Source: Octopus vulgaris (Eukaryota). Taken from it: DNA of 64,000 nt. Positions within the stretch are counted from its first letter, which is position 1; each line of letters opens with the position of its first letter. Shown here piece by piece: positions 38,055 to 53,289 of the stretch. The position numbers and the translations under genes are program-made. The stretch is taken from assembly GCA_951406725.2 (NCBI GenBank), contig OX597816.1:4464001-4528000 (forward strand), given 5' to 3'. The notes beneath the pieces are model-generated. The model had not been told where the DNA came from, made no database searches, and saw nothing but the letters and a program-made list of their open reading frames with translations.

Positions 38055-39144
38055 GGTATTTCAATACAATGCCCAAAGATACACTTGCTGCGCACCGTTT
38101 GAAAAGCACCGCTCTGAGATCTACTCTTGAGAGTTCAATGGAATACTGCAATCAAACGAAGCACTTACACGTTTTATTGTGGTGCCAATAACGGTAAATT
38201 GTTCCTAAATTGCTGTATTTATATACAGCCATTCAGGAAATAAGACACTTGCTTAACGGCGATGTGGAAAGCACCAGAAAGAAACTACGGGAAACCGATT
38301 TGGTGGTTCAATAACTAATCAATACTAATATATGCAACTGTTTTATATATGTATATTGATTAAGTGTGATTTGAAATACCTTCCAGGTTCAGTTAGTTAC
38401 AGAACACAATAGCATTAATAAATACATACTTTGCGGCGGTGTAGAGGTACAATTATCTTCTTTCTGTAAAACATTGCACCGACCGACCGTCAGGCCGACA
38501 GACCGACCGACCGACCGACCAGGGAATCTGTACGAAATTGCTCGACCTACAAGAAAAAGTAGTCAAATTTTCCCTTGAATCACATCTCACTATCCTAAAC
38601 CAGGAAGAACAACTTCGATCGTGCGTTCATATTTACCCCTAAAATAAATAAATAAACAAACATAAACAGTACCCTGTGACCTCGGGGTGGGGTGTGGGGT
38701 GTGGGGGTATTAAATCTAGATGAAACTGACTCAAGAAAATAATTTCAATCCAATTTAATTGTCTTTTTAATAGAAGAGGAGGAAGCGGAGGAGGAGGTGA
38801 GGTGAGGGAAGAGAAGAATAAGAAGGGGTGAATAGGGTGAGGTGGGGTGGGGAGGAAAGACAGCGATTTTATTCTTTGTCGAATTGTTGTTGTTGTTGTT
38901 GAATTAAAGGTAAACTAGAAGACGTATTCTACGCCATCGACTCAGGTGCAAAAAAGGTGGGAGAAAAAACCTGTCGCAATCATCATTCAAAGTAAAAGAG
39001 GATCCAGGTTTGTGTTTTTTTAGGGGTTTTGTTTTCGGTTCTTGGTTTGGTTTATGTTGTTGGATTGTTTTTGTAATTATTTTTATTCTCTTTGACAACG
39101 AACGAGTTTAGTGAAGGTTTCTACCATTGTGTTTCGTAGTGAAA

Positions 39145-40948
<1,804 letters not shown>

Positions 40949-41207
40949 AATGGATCGATGAAGCTAGATAAGAGCGGGGTTGGAATAAGGAAAAACAGAA
41001 ATGTCGGTGAGTATGACATGATTCGAAAGAGATTGAAAGAAGAAAGTGCATATTGAGAAAAATAATGGATAAGATCAGAAAATATCTGCTTGCAGAAACA
41101 AAGTAGCTTAGTTGAGACAAAAGAAGGGAATTGGTAAAAAGAAGGGAGGCAAAATAAGAAGAATTTTGGATGATACAGAAATAAAAAAAAAAAAAAGAAG
41201 AGAAATT

Positions 41208-41372
41208 TGAGTGGCTGTGTGGTAAGTAGCTTGCTAACCAACCACATGGTTCCGGGTTCAGTCCCACTGCGTGGCATCTTGGGCAAGTGTCTTCTACTAT
41301 AGCCCCGGGCCGACCAATGCCTTGTGAGTGGATTTGGTAGAAGGAAACTGAAAGAAGCCTGTCGTATATATG

Positions 41373-41403
<31 letters not shown>

Positions 41404-41612
41404 ATATGTTTGTGTGTCTGTGTTTGTCCCCCTAGCATTGCTTGACAACCGATGTTGGTGTGTTTACGTCCCCGTCACTTAGCGGTTCGGCAAAAAAGAG
41501 ACCGATAGAATAAGTACTGGGCTTACAAAGAATAAGTCCCGGGGTCGATTTGCTCGACTAAAGGCGGTGCTCCAGCATGGCCGCAGTCAAATGACTGAAA
41601 CAAGTAAGAGAG
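41208..41612 (+). mobile_element. SINE family D
   Basis: Homology to the other D copies. Confidence 0.92.
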
Positions 41613-42189
41613 TAAATGAGTAAATGAGTAAATGAGAAGAAACCGAATGAGATACGATTGGCATCCAAGTAAATAGTGAATGAGTGAAGGAGGAATGAAT
41701 GAAAGTTTAGATGGTAAAGATAACAAATTATAGTATTTTTCAGTGACGGATAAATGAATGAACGAATGATGGAAAGAAGAAAATAATGAAAGGAGAACGG
41801 GAGGAAGGAGGGAAGAAATTAGTGAAAGAAAGAGAGGAAAGAAGGGTGGAGAGCTAGACAATGTATAAACAAGGTGTGCCTGTTTTATGGTCAAACTGGC
41901 CAGATCTGGTCTCTCACACCAGCCCTACAATGTCGTTTTTAAAGTTAACAGCTACCTTATCAAAATCTCATAGCACCAAGATAATGCCTGATTAGTTCAA
42001 AACAAAGTGGCAGAATAATGCGAACACTAAAGGGTTAATGAAATGGTAAGTGTAAGAGTCTCGCAAACCTGTCAATGATATTTAGGGGCTTGACTCCACT
42101 TTCGCGATGTTAAGCAGGCGAGAGAAAAGTAACAGAATGGTCTGCAAGCAGGGCAACGGCGGTTGATCTTTACACTAATATTAAACAAT

Positions 42190-42460
42190 CGGAAACTGAA
42201 AGAAGCCTGTCGTATATATGTATATATGTATGTATGTGTGTGTGTATGTTCGTGTGTCTGTGTTTGTCCCCCTAGCATTGCTTGACAACCGATGCTGGTG
42301 TGTTTATGTCCCCGTAACTTAGCGGTTCGGCAAAAAGAGACCGATAGACTAAGTACTGGGCTTACAAAGAGTAAGTCCCGCGGTCGAGTTACTCGATTAA
42401 AGGCGGTGCTCCAGCATGGTCGCAGTCAAATGACTGAAACAAGTAAAAGAGTAAAAGAGA
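42190..42460 (+). mobile_element. SINE family D, 5'-truncated
   Basis: Starts at cggaaactgaaagaagcc. Confidence 0.88.
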
Positions 42461-42797
42461 GAGAGTCATATGGCTGCTAAGGAAGGTCTAATAGAGAAAG
42501 GAATTTTTTTGTTTTTAAACACAAAACTCTTCCGTTTTAAAGGAAGTGAATGGAGAATTTATAACACCAAATAGCATCGGATCTTTGTCTCAGTGCGAAC
42601 GTACTTCTCATTTCAACGTCTCAGACCTCGCATTTTAAGGAAAGTTCATGTTTTCAGAAAATTATTAGCGTCTTAAATGAAATAAAATGACACCAACCAA
42701 TTAAAAATGGCTCAAAGTAAGACACAAAACTATTTCATTTGCATAGGAATGAAACATTAAGTTGCGTTGGATGCAGTCTATGTATAAACATTTAGTA

Positions 42798-43212
42798 AGG
42801 CGGCGAGCTTGCAGAAACGCTAGCACGCCGGGCGAAATGCTTAGCAGTATTTCGTCTGCCGTTACGTTCTGAGTTCAAATTCCGCCGAGGTCGACTTTGC
42901 CTTTCATCCTTTCGGGGTCGATTAAATAAGTACCAGTTACGCACTGGGGTCGATATAATCGACTTAATCCGTTTGTTTGTCCTTGTTTGTCCCTTCTGTG
43001 TTTATCCCCTTGTGGGTAGTAAAGAAATAGGTATTTCGTCTGTCTTTACGTTCTGAGTTCAAATTCCGCCGAGGTCGACTTTGCCTTTCATCCTTTCGGG
43101 GTCGATAAATAAAGTACCAGTTTCGCACTGGGGTCGATATAATCGACTTAATCCCTTTGTCTGTCCTTGTTTGTCCCCTCTATGTTAAGCCCCTTGTGGG
43201 CAGTAAAGAAAT
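42798..43212 (+). mobile_element. SINE family A dimer
   Basis: TSD tatgtataaacattta on both sides. Confidence 0.93.
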
Positions 43213-43547
43213 ATATGTATAAACATTTACAAAGAGAAAGACGAAAGGCAGAAGTTTAACTTAGAGGCGATAAGTCTCGAGAGATTAGCGGTATTTTATT
43301 TTGGTCGTGTTAATCTCTTACTACTTTGAGTTTCACCTATATGTTCAGTGGATCACCAGGTAAGTTGTGATTCACGTTTGCCTGAATATCATCTGTATAT
43401 GCAGGTGAAAGTTAAAGTACAAAAGACTGATTCGACCAATATATATATATATAAATTAGAGAAAAACCACTATTATGTAATTCAAACAATGATAGACATA
43501 AACCATATCATAAAGAAAAAATAAAATATATAATAAAACATGTAACT

Positions 43548-43596
<49 letters not shown>

Positions 43597-43602
<6 letters not shown>

Positions 43603-45020
43603 CAGCTTAGAGAAGAAGAAGAAACGAAACGAAACCAAACGAATCGAATCGAATCGACGCGAAGGCGCTCAGTCATACAATAGTGTAATAAATAAAATAT
43701 ATGCATACATACAAACATATATGTACGTACCTACATCTACATGTATATATACATGCATATATAAATATATATACGTGTGTACAGGACACCACAAATAGAC
43801 GTAGAACTCAACGAGAAACGAAAACGTAAAAACAGGATGGAACGGACCATTTTTTTAACAACGAAAAAACAGAGTACAAGACAATTACACAAGGAAAAAT
43901 TCCCTTTCATCAGCCGTCCCTAGTTCAACTCCAGCGTGTTTCGAAGGTGAGGACAGAACACATCTCGTCGAACTAATCCTTCCTGCGAAAGAATTAAATA
44001 AAATTCCTTTGCAGAGGGGTAAAAACAAGGAAAAAAATGTGACAAAAACAGGACGTAAAAAGAATACAATTAAAAACAAATACGACGTTCCATGCCGTTT
44101 TTACGTTTTCGTTTCTCGTTGAGTTCTACGTCTATATGTGGTGTCCTGTACACACGTATATATATTTATATATGCATGTATATATACATGTAGATGTAGG
44201 TACGTACATATCTGTTTGTATGTATGTATATATTTTATTTATTACACTATTGTATGACTGAGCGCCTTCGCGTCGATTCGATTCGATTCGTTTGGTTTGG
44301 TTTCGTTTCTTCTTCTTCTCTAAGCTGGTTTTTATATATAATTATGACGCGAAACCCTATAACTCCTTCTTCTCTCTTTCTTTCACCCTCTTTTGCTTTC
44401 TTCCTCTCTATCTCTCTCTCTCACTCCTCCTCATCTCTCTCACAGCCGGGTCTACGAACTTCCTTTCGCCGGCTGCCTTGTTCAAGTAAACATGTGTCTT
44501 CCTGTGCTCGTGAAAAAAAGTTTTTTTCCTCGTCTAGGCTTTTAGGCCCTCTTTATTTGTTTTCCTGTCCTGTTTCTATTCCTTCTTGTACTGTATTTTT
44601 TGCAATTGTATTTTATTTTGTATTTGTTCTTAATTGTATTCTTTTTACGTCCTGTTTTTGTCACATTTTTTCCCTTGTTTTTACCCCTCTGCAAAGGAAT
44701 TTTATTTAATTCTTTCGCAGGAAGGATTAGTTCGACGAAACGTGTTCTGTCCTCACCTTCGAAACACGCTGGAGTCGTACTAGGGACAACTGATGAAGGG
44801 GATTTTTCGTTGTGTAATTGTCTTGTACTCTGTTTTTTCGTTGTTAAAAAAATGGTCCGTTCCATGCTGTTTTTACGTTTTCGTTTCTCGTTGAGTTCTA
44901 CGTCTATTTGTGGTGTCCTGTACACACGTATATATATTTATATATGCATGTATATATACATGTAGATGTAGGTATGTACATATATGTTTGTATGTATGCA
45001 TATATTTTATTTATTACACT
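43597..45020. mobile_element. Composite inverted plus direct repeat, PLE pseudo-LTR-like
   Basis: 43597-44081 (-) pairs with both 44085-44335 (+) and about 44620-45020 (+); the two + segments share a direct repeat of about 160 bp. Confidence 0.75.
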
Positions 45021-45424
45021 ATATATATATAGATAGATAGATAGATCTAATTGGACACGTGGTGTACGTTTCTTGAACGTAACACTGCAGGAGCAGATGT
45101 TTCCGGTCATACAAAGGAATTTCTGAAGTTTTGTAACAAGGTCTATAAACTATGATAATGGTGGAAGCTGCATTATAAAAGCTATGGAAACTGTAATGGC
45201 TGGTGCTGTACGATGTTGCATTCGACCTCTGTTACATGTAACTTAGCTGTAGGCGTATATATATATATTACGTCATGATACACTATAGAGGAGAAAGTAT
45301 ACATACGAAAGTTCAGCAGTGTTGCTGGAAACTGTAGGTTGTCAGAAAACCAAAACCTGAGCTATTTATGGAAGAAAGTCTGATAAAACCATGGTATGTT
45401 ATGTGGGATTTCAGACACGACTGT

Positions 45425-45817
45425 GGATGGGATGGAAGCACTCCGTCGGTTACGACGATGAGGGTTCCGGTTGATCCGAATCAACGGAACAACCTGCTCG
45501 TGAAATTAACGTGTAAGTGGCTGAGCACTCCACAGACACGTGTACCCTTAACGTAGTTCTCGGGGATATTCAGCGTGACACAGAGAGTGACAAGGCCGGC
45601 CCTTTGAAATACAGGTACAACAGAAACAGGAAGTAAGAGTGAGAGAAAGTTGTGGTGAAAGAGTACAGCAGGGATCACCACCATCCCCTGCCGGTCCCTC
45701 GTGGAGCTTTAGGTGTTTTTGCTCAATAAACACTCACAACGCCCGGTCTGGGAATCGAAACCGCGATCCTACGACTGCGAGTCCGCTGCCCTAACCACTG
45801 GGCCATTGCGCCTCCAT
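45425..45817 (-). mobile_element. SINE family B, full length
   Basis: TSD agacacgact at about 45413-45422 and 45818-45827. Confidence 0.92.
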
Positions 45818-45904
45818 AGACACGACTCTACTAGTTAGGCGGTACGATCGTTGAACTATTCGGTAATCTGTAAGATGAACTGTCGGTATGAATTGATGAT
45901 TTAA

Positions 45905-47053
45905 GGTGGCGAGCTGGTAGAGTCGTTAGAACGCCAGGCAAAATGCTCAGCGGTATTTCGTCTGCCGTTACGTTCTGAGTTCAAATTCCGCCGAGGTCGA
46001 CTTTGCCTTTCATCCTTTCGGGGTCGATAAATAAAGTACCAGTTACGCATTGGAGTCGATATAATCGGTTTAATCCGTTTGTCTGTCCTTGTTTGTCCCC
46101 TCTATGTTTAGCCCCTTGTGGGTAGTAAAGAAATAGGTATTTCGTCTGCCATTACGTTATGAGTTCAAATTCCACCAAGGTCAACTTTGCCTTTCATCCT
46201 TTCGGGGTGGATAAATTAAGTACAAGTTGCGCACTGGGGTCGATGTAATCGACTTAATCCGTTTGTCTGTCCTTGTTTGTACCCTCTGTGTTTAGCTCCT
46301 TGTGGGTAGTAAAGAAATAGGTATTTCGTCTGCCGTTACGTTCTGAGTTCAAATTCCGCCGAGGTCGACTTTGCCTTTCATCCTTTCGGGGTCGATAAAT
46401 AAAGTACCAGTTACGCATTGGAGTCGATATAATCGGCTTAATCCGTTTGTCTGTCCTTGTTTGTACCCTCTGTGTTTAGCCCCTTGTGGGTAATAAAGAA
46501 ATAGGTATTCCGTCTGTCGTTACGTTCTGAGTTCAAATTCCGCCGAGGTCGACTTTGCCTTTCATCCTTTCGGGGTCGATAAATTAAGTACAAGTTGCGC
46601 ACTGGGGTCGATGTAATCGACTTAATCCGTTTGTCTGTCCTTGTTTGTACCCTCTGTGTTCAGCCCTTGTGGGTAGTAAAGAAATAGGTATTTCGTCTGC
46701 CGTTACGTTCTGAGTTCAAATTCCGCCGAGGTCGACTTTGCCTTTCATCCTTTCGCGGTCGATAAATTTAGTACCAGTTACGCACTGGGGTCGATGTAAT
46801 CGACTTAATCCGTTTGTCTGTCCTTGTTTGTACCCTCTGTGTTTAGCCCTTGTGGGTAGTAAAGAAATAGGTATTTCGTCTGCCGTTACGTTCTGAGTTC
46901 AAATTCCTCCGAGGTCGACTTTGCCTTTCATCCTTTCGGGGTCGATAAATTAAGTACCAGTTACGCACTGGGGTCGATGTAATCGACTTTATACCTATGT
47001 CTGTCCTTGTTTGTCCCCTCTATGTTTAGCCCCTTGTGGGTAATAAAGAAATA
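45905..47053 (+). mobile_element. SINE family A array: one head plus six ~184-bp units
   Basis: Tails end near 46133, 46319, 46503, 46686, 46869 and 47053; TSD ggtatgaatt(ga/ac)tgattt. Confidence 0.95.
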
Positions 47054-48490
47054 GGTATGAATTACTGATTTCACAACTGGTCTGCTGTCCCCGTTGGTGA
47101 GTCTTTTGTGACTACCACTGCTATGCTGGCTGCCAAAAGCAGTGTAACTAGTGATATTTTCCCTCAGGTATTGCATATTCCTGTTGCGTATACAGGCCGT
47201 GTCACTGTGTGCCAGGCTGCATGCCTGACAATCATTGGTTGACAGTAAAATCAACTCTTTTCTCTATCACATTTCTCTTCAATATAACATGATTTGAAGT
47301 TACTGATTGGTTAGAAAAGTTAGGAGCACACAAGTATGTCTAATTAGATTAACGTGAGGAAACAATTGTTAACAACACTAAAGAAAAAAAGAAAATGATG
47401 ACTTAGAAAGATGCTACTCTCTGTTGCTGCCATGGAAGCTGCTGCTGTTAATGAAGCAGGCACATAAGTGATTGGTTCCGGGTCCTGTCAGGTGGGACAG
47501 GCTCAGTCATCAACGATATCAAATTGTAAATCTCTGGATTTTTTTTTGGTTCGTGTCAGTGACTCGCTGTGAATATAACGTGAACTGTTCACTACACGAG
47601 GAAATAATTAAAAATGCATGACCGGAAGAGAACGATGAAGAGCAGGTCAATGAGGAAAAGAAAAGGAAACGAAGGGAAATAAATAAGACCTTTTGTGACA
47701 CCTGGGTAGATAGATCATGATGTTCATATAATTAGGTTTGTAGTTCTCGTCATAATTTGCCATATCTAATAAGGGAGAAAATGGGATGAAATGGCATAAT
47801 TTTCTTGCAGACATTAGTAATTGTACACGAGACGAAATGGCTTTAAGCATTCGTGGTATTGACTGGTTGGTAGCTTAACTCTTGCTCTACGGCACTCACT
47901 ACATTAATTTACTTTTTAGATATTGTTTTATATGAAGTGTCTTTTTTTTTTCTTTTACAATGGACCAATAGTTTTATATTACTTTTAAAACGCAGCTCTG
48001 TGTTCAGTGAAGTGCAGCGGTAATGCAGAGAGACGGCAAGTGATTGAAGAAGGAACATGTGGAGTAAAATCGTATTTGACTGTTAAACAAATCGGTTTCA
48101 TGTCGGAACAATACAACACAGAGCAAGTTGAAAGTAGTTAGTTACACGGTTCTTTCACTTTCTACTCAAGCATGTTAACGCTGGCCATTGCGGTGGCGGC
48201 GTTTCCTTTGGTGAGATAGTGGTTTCTCTGTTTCAAGTGGAGCATGACAAAAGGTTAGAGATATATTGGATTTTAAATATTATCATTTACATATCGAAAC
48301 AAAATAAATGTAAAACAGAAAATAAAAAAGATTCGTTGTGCTTATTTAACTCTCGCTGACCTCTTCTACATTCTGCTGTAAATAAACGGTTTGTACGAAT
48401 ATAGCTTTATAACGGAGAACTATCTCTTTTAGTTAAGGAATGGTGTCTTTAATGGGAAGAGAATATTTTACGATTTTTAATCAAGAACCT

Positions 48491-48898
48491 GCAGGAGTGG
48501 CTGTGTGGTAAGTAGCTTGCTAACCAACCACATGGTTCCGGGTTCAGTCCCACTGCGTGGCATCTTGGGCAAGTGTCTTCTGCTATAGTCCCGGGCCGAC
48601 CAATGCCTTGTGAGTGGATTTGGTAGACGTAAACTGAAAGAAGCATGTCGTATATATGTATATATATATATGTATGTGTGTGTGTTTGTGTGTCTGTGTT
48701 TGTTCCCCTAGCATTGCTTGACAACCGATGCTGGTGTGTTTACGTCCCCGTCACTTAGCGGTTCGGTAAAAAGAGACCGATAGAATAAGTACTGGGCTTA
48801 CAAAAAGAATAAGTCCCGGGGTCGATTTGCTCGACTAAAGGCGGTGCTCCAGCATGGCCGCAGTCAAATGACTGAAACAAGTAAAAGAGTAAAAGAGT
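48491..48898 (+). mobile_element. SINE family D
   Basis: Homology to the other D copies. Confidence 0.92.
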
Positions 48899-49734
48899 AT
48901 AACCTTTCTCTCCGTTTGTAGCGTTGTATGAGAACGGAAACCTTAAGCTTTACCGCATCGACCAAGTATTTTTAGAACAGTTCAGCTCCTATACAGCTTC
49001 CGATTTAATTCCGATTTCCTTCGTTAAAGCAAAGATAGCTATCTGTGTGCGTTTGCCATGATCTGGTTTGTTTATCGCTCTGCTTCTACTCCCTGTCTAT
49101 ATAGATCTTTTCAAGAAAAATTACATCAAATATATAAATATTGTTTCAGCCGATAGGAACTGCATGTTGATACCATCAAAGTTTATTCTAATATCCTCTT
49201 CAACTCAAAATCTCATTTTTGGAGTGATCTCATTGAAGAACGTATATTCCCATCGATTCGTATCCAATTATATTATAAATCTTCTACATAATCTACATGT
49301 ATGTGAAAACGAAGAAGAAAACACAAATAAGCGATAAGAGGAGATGGGCGCCATCTTTGTTAAATTTTAAATTTCTATAATTTATACGGACCTTATAGGA
49401 ATTCATATGTATCTTATATATGATAACAAAACTGTTATGTTAATGTAAATCGCATCTAAGGACATGCTCTGGCTTCTGTGGATAATATAATGGTTACATA
49501 CATATACGTAAATACATACATAGTACATACATACATTCATATTTACGAGCATACATACAAACACACATTCATATATTCATGCACACGCAGCCATCATTCA
49601 ACCATACACAATGTGTGTATGTATGTTTGTATATATGTATGTATCTAACTATCTATCTCTGTGTTTATCCGTCTGTCTACTTCTCTCTACAAATACATAT
49701 ACATACATACATATATATATATGTATGTGTGTGC

Positions 49735-49791
<57 letters not shown>

Positions 49792-51508
49792 TATAAAGTA
49801 AATGCAGGAAAAATTACATCAAAGAATCACAGAAGAGATACGTCCATAATATAAACAATATTATTTTAATAAATAAATATATAAAGTATGATTATTTAAA
49901 AAAAGGCTTGAGATATCTTACGATCGTTTCATGAATGTATTACCCTTCGAAATGAAATCAAAAATCGATAACCATTATTAGGTAGTACATCCGCACGTAA
50001 GAGAAAAGGATGAACTTCCGTGTAATCAATCGAATGAAAGGAATTCTATTTAAAATCGTACGATAAAGATGTTGTTTAAAAAGGTTACGGGTATAGATGT
50101 GTGTTGGTACAAACCTGGGCTGAAAATTTTTAGAAAAAATATAAATCCATGGTAAAATGCTTTGTAATAATCCGTAATGGCCGTGTGTAGATAGAAGTCC
50201 CATGGTTCCTTTTCTCTTCAGTGTGTAATCCATAAATGTAAAGAATAGAGGGGACAATACGAAGTGGGGGCAAAAGAAGAAAGAAGAGAAATGCACACCC
50301 GGTGAATGTTGACCCCCATCCACACCCATCCGACTCCCACCCACACCCACTCTACCCCGTCCTCCCCCTACAGACACCAACTCTCTACACACACCACCGA
50401 CACAAAGACAAAGACAAAGAATTCTTTATTACCCACAAGGGGTCAACATAGAGAGGACAATAGAAGGAAGGTACAAAACGAATGTAAGGGATGAATAAAA
50501 TAATGGATGAAAATGGAAACTGAAATGAAGCCGTTCGGCCCCTACCCCCGAGCAACTTCATTCAACCTGTAAGGACGACTTTAAAACAGTTAATCTTCAT
50601 CTTTCTGAAGAATGTCTATATTATAATCATCGCGAAGATCACGATAATCTATCCACTTTGGTAAATGGCTGGTGCTGATTTCCCTGACCCAGTATTCAAA
50701 GTCCTTATCGTAGTCTTTTATTACCGACTTATGTTCCAAGTTTGCTACCACACAATGGTATCGCCATGGTAATCCGGAACATTCTCTCGTATATACTTTT
50801 ATTGTATTGTCCCATGTGTCTATCTCATCGCAAAGTTCTCTATTTGTTTTAATTTGTTTTAATAATTTAATATGTACTCAATGTATGAAGTGTCGCTGTT
50901 GGGCCGAAGGCCTAATGAAGAGCCCTCCACATGAGCTATCTTAAAAGCCTAGGGCGGCTTTTAAGCTAGCTGTTAAATAAATCTTCGTAGTTAAGGCTGT
51001 CGGGCACCAGTTACCACTAACAGCTTCAATCAGAATATGAGTCAATGAGGAAACCTCTATGTGGTCACAAGAACTGCCAGAAGTAACAACACCTTCTCAC
51101 TCAAATCACATATTACTATATTTAAAAGACGAAGATCTAGGTGAATAAGGCAGCCCGTCATACACTATGTATAAAAAAGATGTGATGGTCTCATTTGGAA
51201 TGTCTTTCCTTTGGATCATAGATCAACTCCGTCTAGTGTTACCTGGGTCTAAATAACAGCAACAACAACATCCAGTAAAGAAAATCAAGAAACTTCAGAA
51301 ATTTTATTCAAGGAGTTTTACTTTTTTCCAGGCTGAATATACAGACAGGAAAGGCAAAAGGGAGAACTCCTTAATGTAAAAAAGATAAAACTTGAACATA
51401 GTCGTGTTTTCAATATAAAACACACACGCATGCATTCAAGTACATGCATATCTGAATATATATATGTGTGTGTGTATGTGTACATATGTATGTACACACA
51501 CATACACA

Positions 51509-51553
<45 letters not shown>

Positions 51554-51654
51554 ACACACATACACACACACACACAGAAGTTATACCGAAAGAAATGCAA
51601 TACGACCAAAACATTTTTAATAAGCCACATATTACCACATTTAATAATTTCACA

Positions 51655-51950
51655 TCGTCGGTTGCGACGGCGAGGGTTCCAGTTGATCAACGGAGCAGCT
51701 TGCACATGAGATTAACGTGCAAGTGGCTGAGTACTCCACAGACATGCGTATCTTTAACGTAGTTTTCGGGGAGGGTGACAAGGCTGGCCTCTTTTGAATT
51801 ACGGGTACTACTCATTTTTGCCAGCTGGGCGGACTGTAGCATCGAGAAATAAAGTGTCTTGCTCAAGGACACGACGCGCCGCCAGGAATCGAACGCTTGA
51901 CCTTTCGGTCGCGAGCCAAATACTCTACCCACTAAGCCACGCGCCTTCAC
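51655..51950 (-). mobile_element. SINE family C
   Basis: Reverse complement of the 16761 type. Confidence 0.85.
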
Positions 51951-52021
51951 ATGTTAACACAGTAACTCCTCTTCCTTCATACAAAGATGCAACTGAACGT
52001 AACCGCCATCACATGTGGTGT

Positions 52022-52403
52022 GGTGGAAGCACTCCGTCGGTTACGACGACGAGGGTTGATCCGAATCAACAGAACAGCCTGCTCGTGAAATTAACGTGTA
52101 AGTGGCTGAGCACTCCACAGACACGTGTACCCTTAACGTAGTTCTCGGGGATATTCAGCGTGACACAGAGAATGACAAGGCTGGCCCTTTGAAATACAGG
52201 TACAACAGAAACAGGAAGTAAGAGTGAGAGAAAGTTGTGGTGAAAGAGTACAGCAGGGATCGCCACCACCCCAATGCCGGAGCCTCGTGGAGCTTTAGGT
52301 GTTTTCGCTCAATAAACACTCACAACGCCCGGTCTGGGAATCGAAACCGCGATCCTATGACCGCGAGTCCGCTGCCCTAACCACTGGGCCATTGCGCCTC
52401 CAC
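52022..52403 (-). mobile_element. SINE family B
   Basis: TSD tcacatgtggtg. Confidence 0.92.
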
Positions 52404-52781
52404 TCACATGTGGTGTATTTACGCCATCATTGAACTCAATTTTCGAATCGTCTTCGGAAACCTTCCGGTGTACACCGTCGTGCCCGCTTCTTCCCGTCGT
52501 TTTTACCTCATCCGTATCATCAAGTCTCTATTCACGAAGAATGTCCTTCATTAGACCAAACAGGTAGAATCTAAAAGGACGTCAAATTTGGGCCCTATGG
52601 GGCGAGGGGTCGGTAGCGACACTGACCAGCTCAATTTCATGATCGCCTGATTTCTTGCCAAAGATGTGAGATGTTACACATTGTAATGGTGAATGTGGAT
52701 CTTTTTCGCATTCCAGTTCTGTTTGTTATTCCTAACAGCTTCTCTGGATGCCTCAACGCATCGCTTGCTGTTAACGGTATA

Positions 52782-53197
52782 AGGCGGCAAGCTGGCAGAA
52801 ACGTTAGCACGCCGGGCGAAATGCGTAGCCGTATTTCGTCTGTCGCTGCGTTATGAGTTCAAATTCCGCTGAGGTCGACTTTGCCTTTCATCCTTTCGGG
52901 GTCGATAAATTAAGTACCAGTAAGGCACTGGGGTCGATGTAATCGACTTAATACCTATGTCTGTCCTTGTTTGCCCCCTCTGTGTTTAGCCCCTTGTGGG
53001 TAGTAAAGAAATAGGTATTTCGTCTGTCGCTACGTTCTGAGTTCAAATTCCGCCGAGGTCGACTTTGCCTTTCATCCTTTCGGGGTCGATAAATTAAGTA
53101 CCAGTAACGCACTGGGGTCGATGTAATCGACTTAATACCTATGTCTGTCCTTGTTTGTCCCCTCTATGTTTAGCCCCTTGTGGGTAATAAAGAAATA
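52782..53197 (+). mobile_element. SINE family A dimer
   Basis: TSD ggtataa. Confidence 0.93.
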
Positions 53198-53289
53198 GGT
53201 ATAACCAGGTTCCCGACAATCAAGAAGAAATGGTGTCTTGTCCCCCACCGAGACACAGTTACCATGAGCTGCTGCTGTACCGATCGCTG

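Noticed and set aside
45905-47053. CRISPR-like regular array
   Set aside because: Units are wholly repeated with no unique spacers, no cas genes are present, and the context is a eukaryotic SINE.
47060-47880. Short ORF-like stretches after the SINE array
   Set aside because: No identifiable domain; multiple stops.
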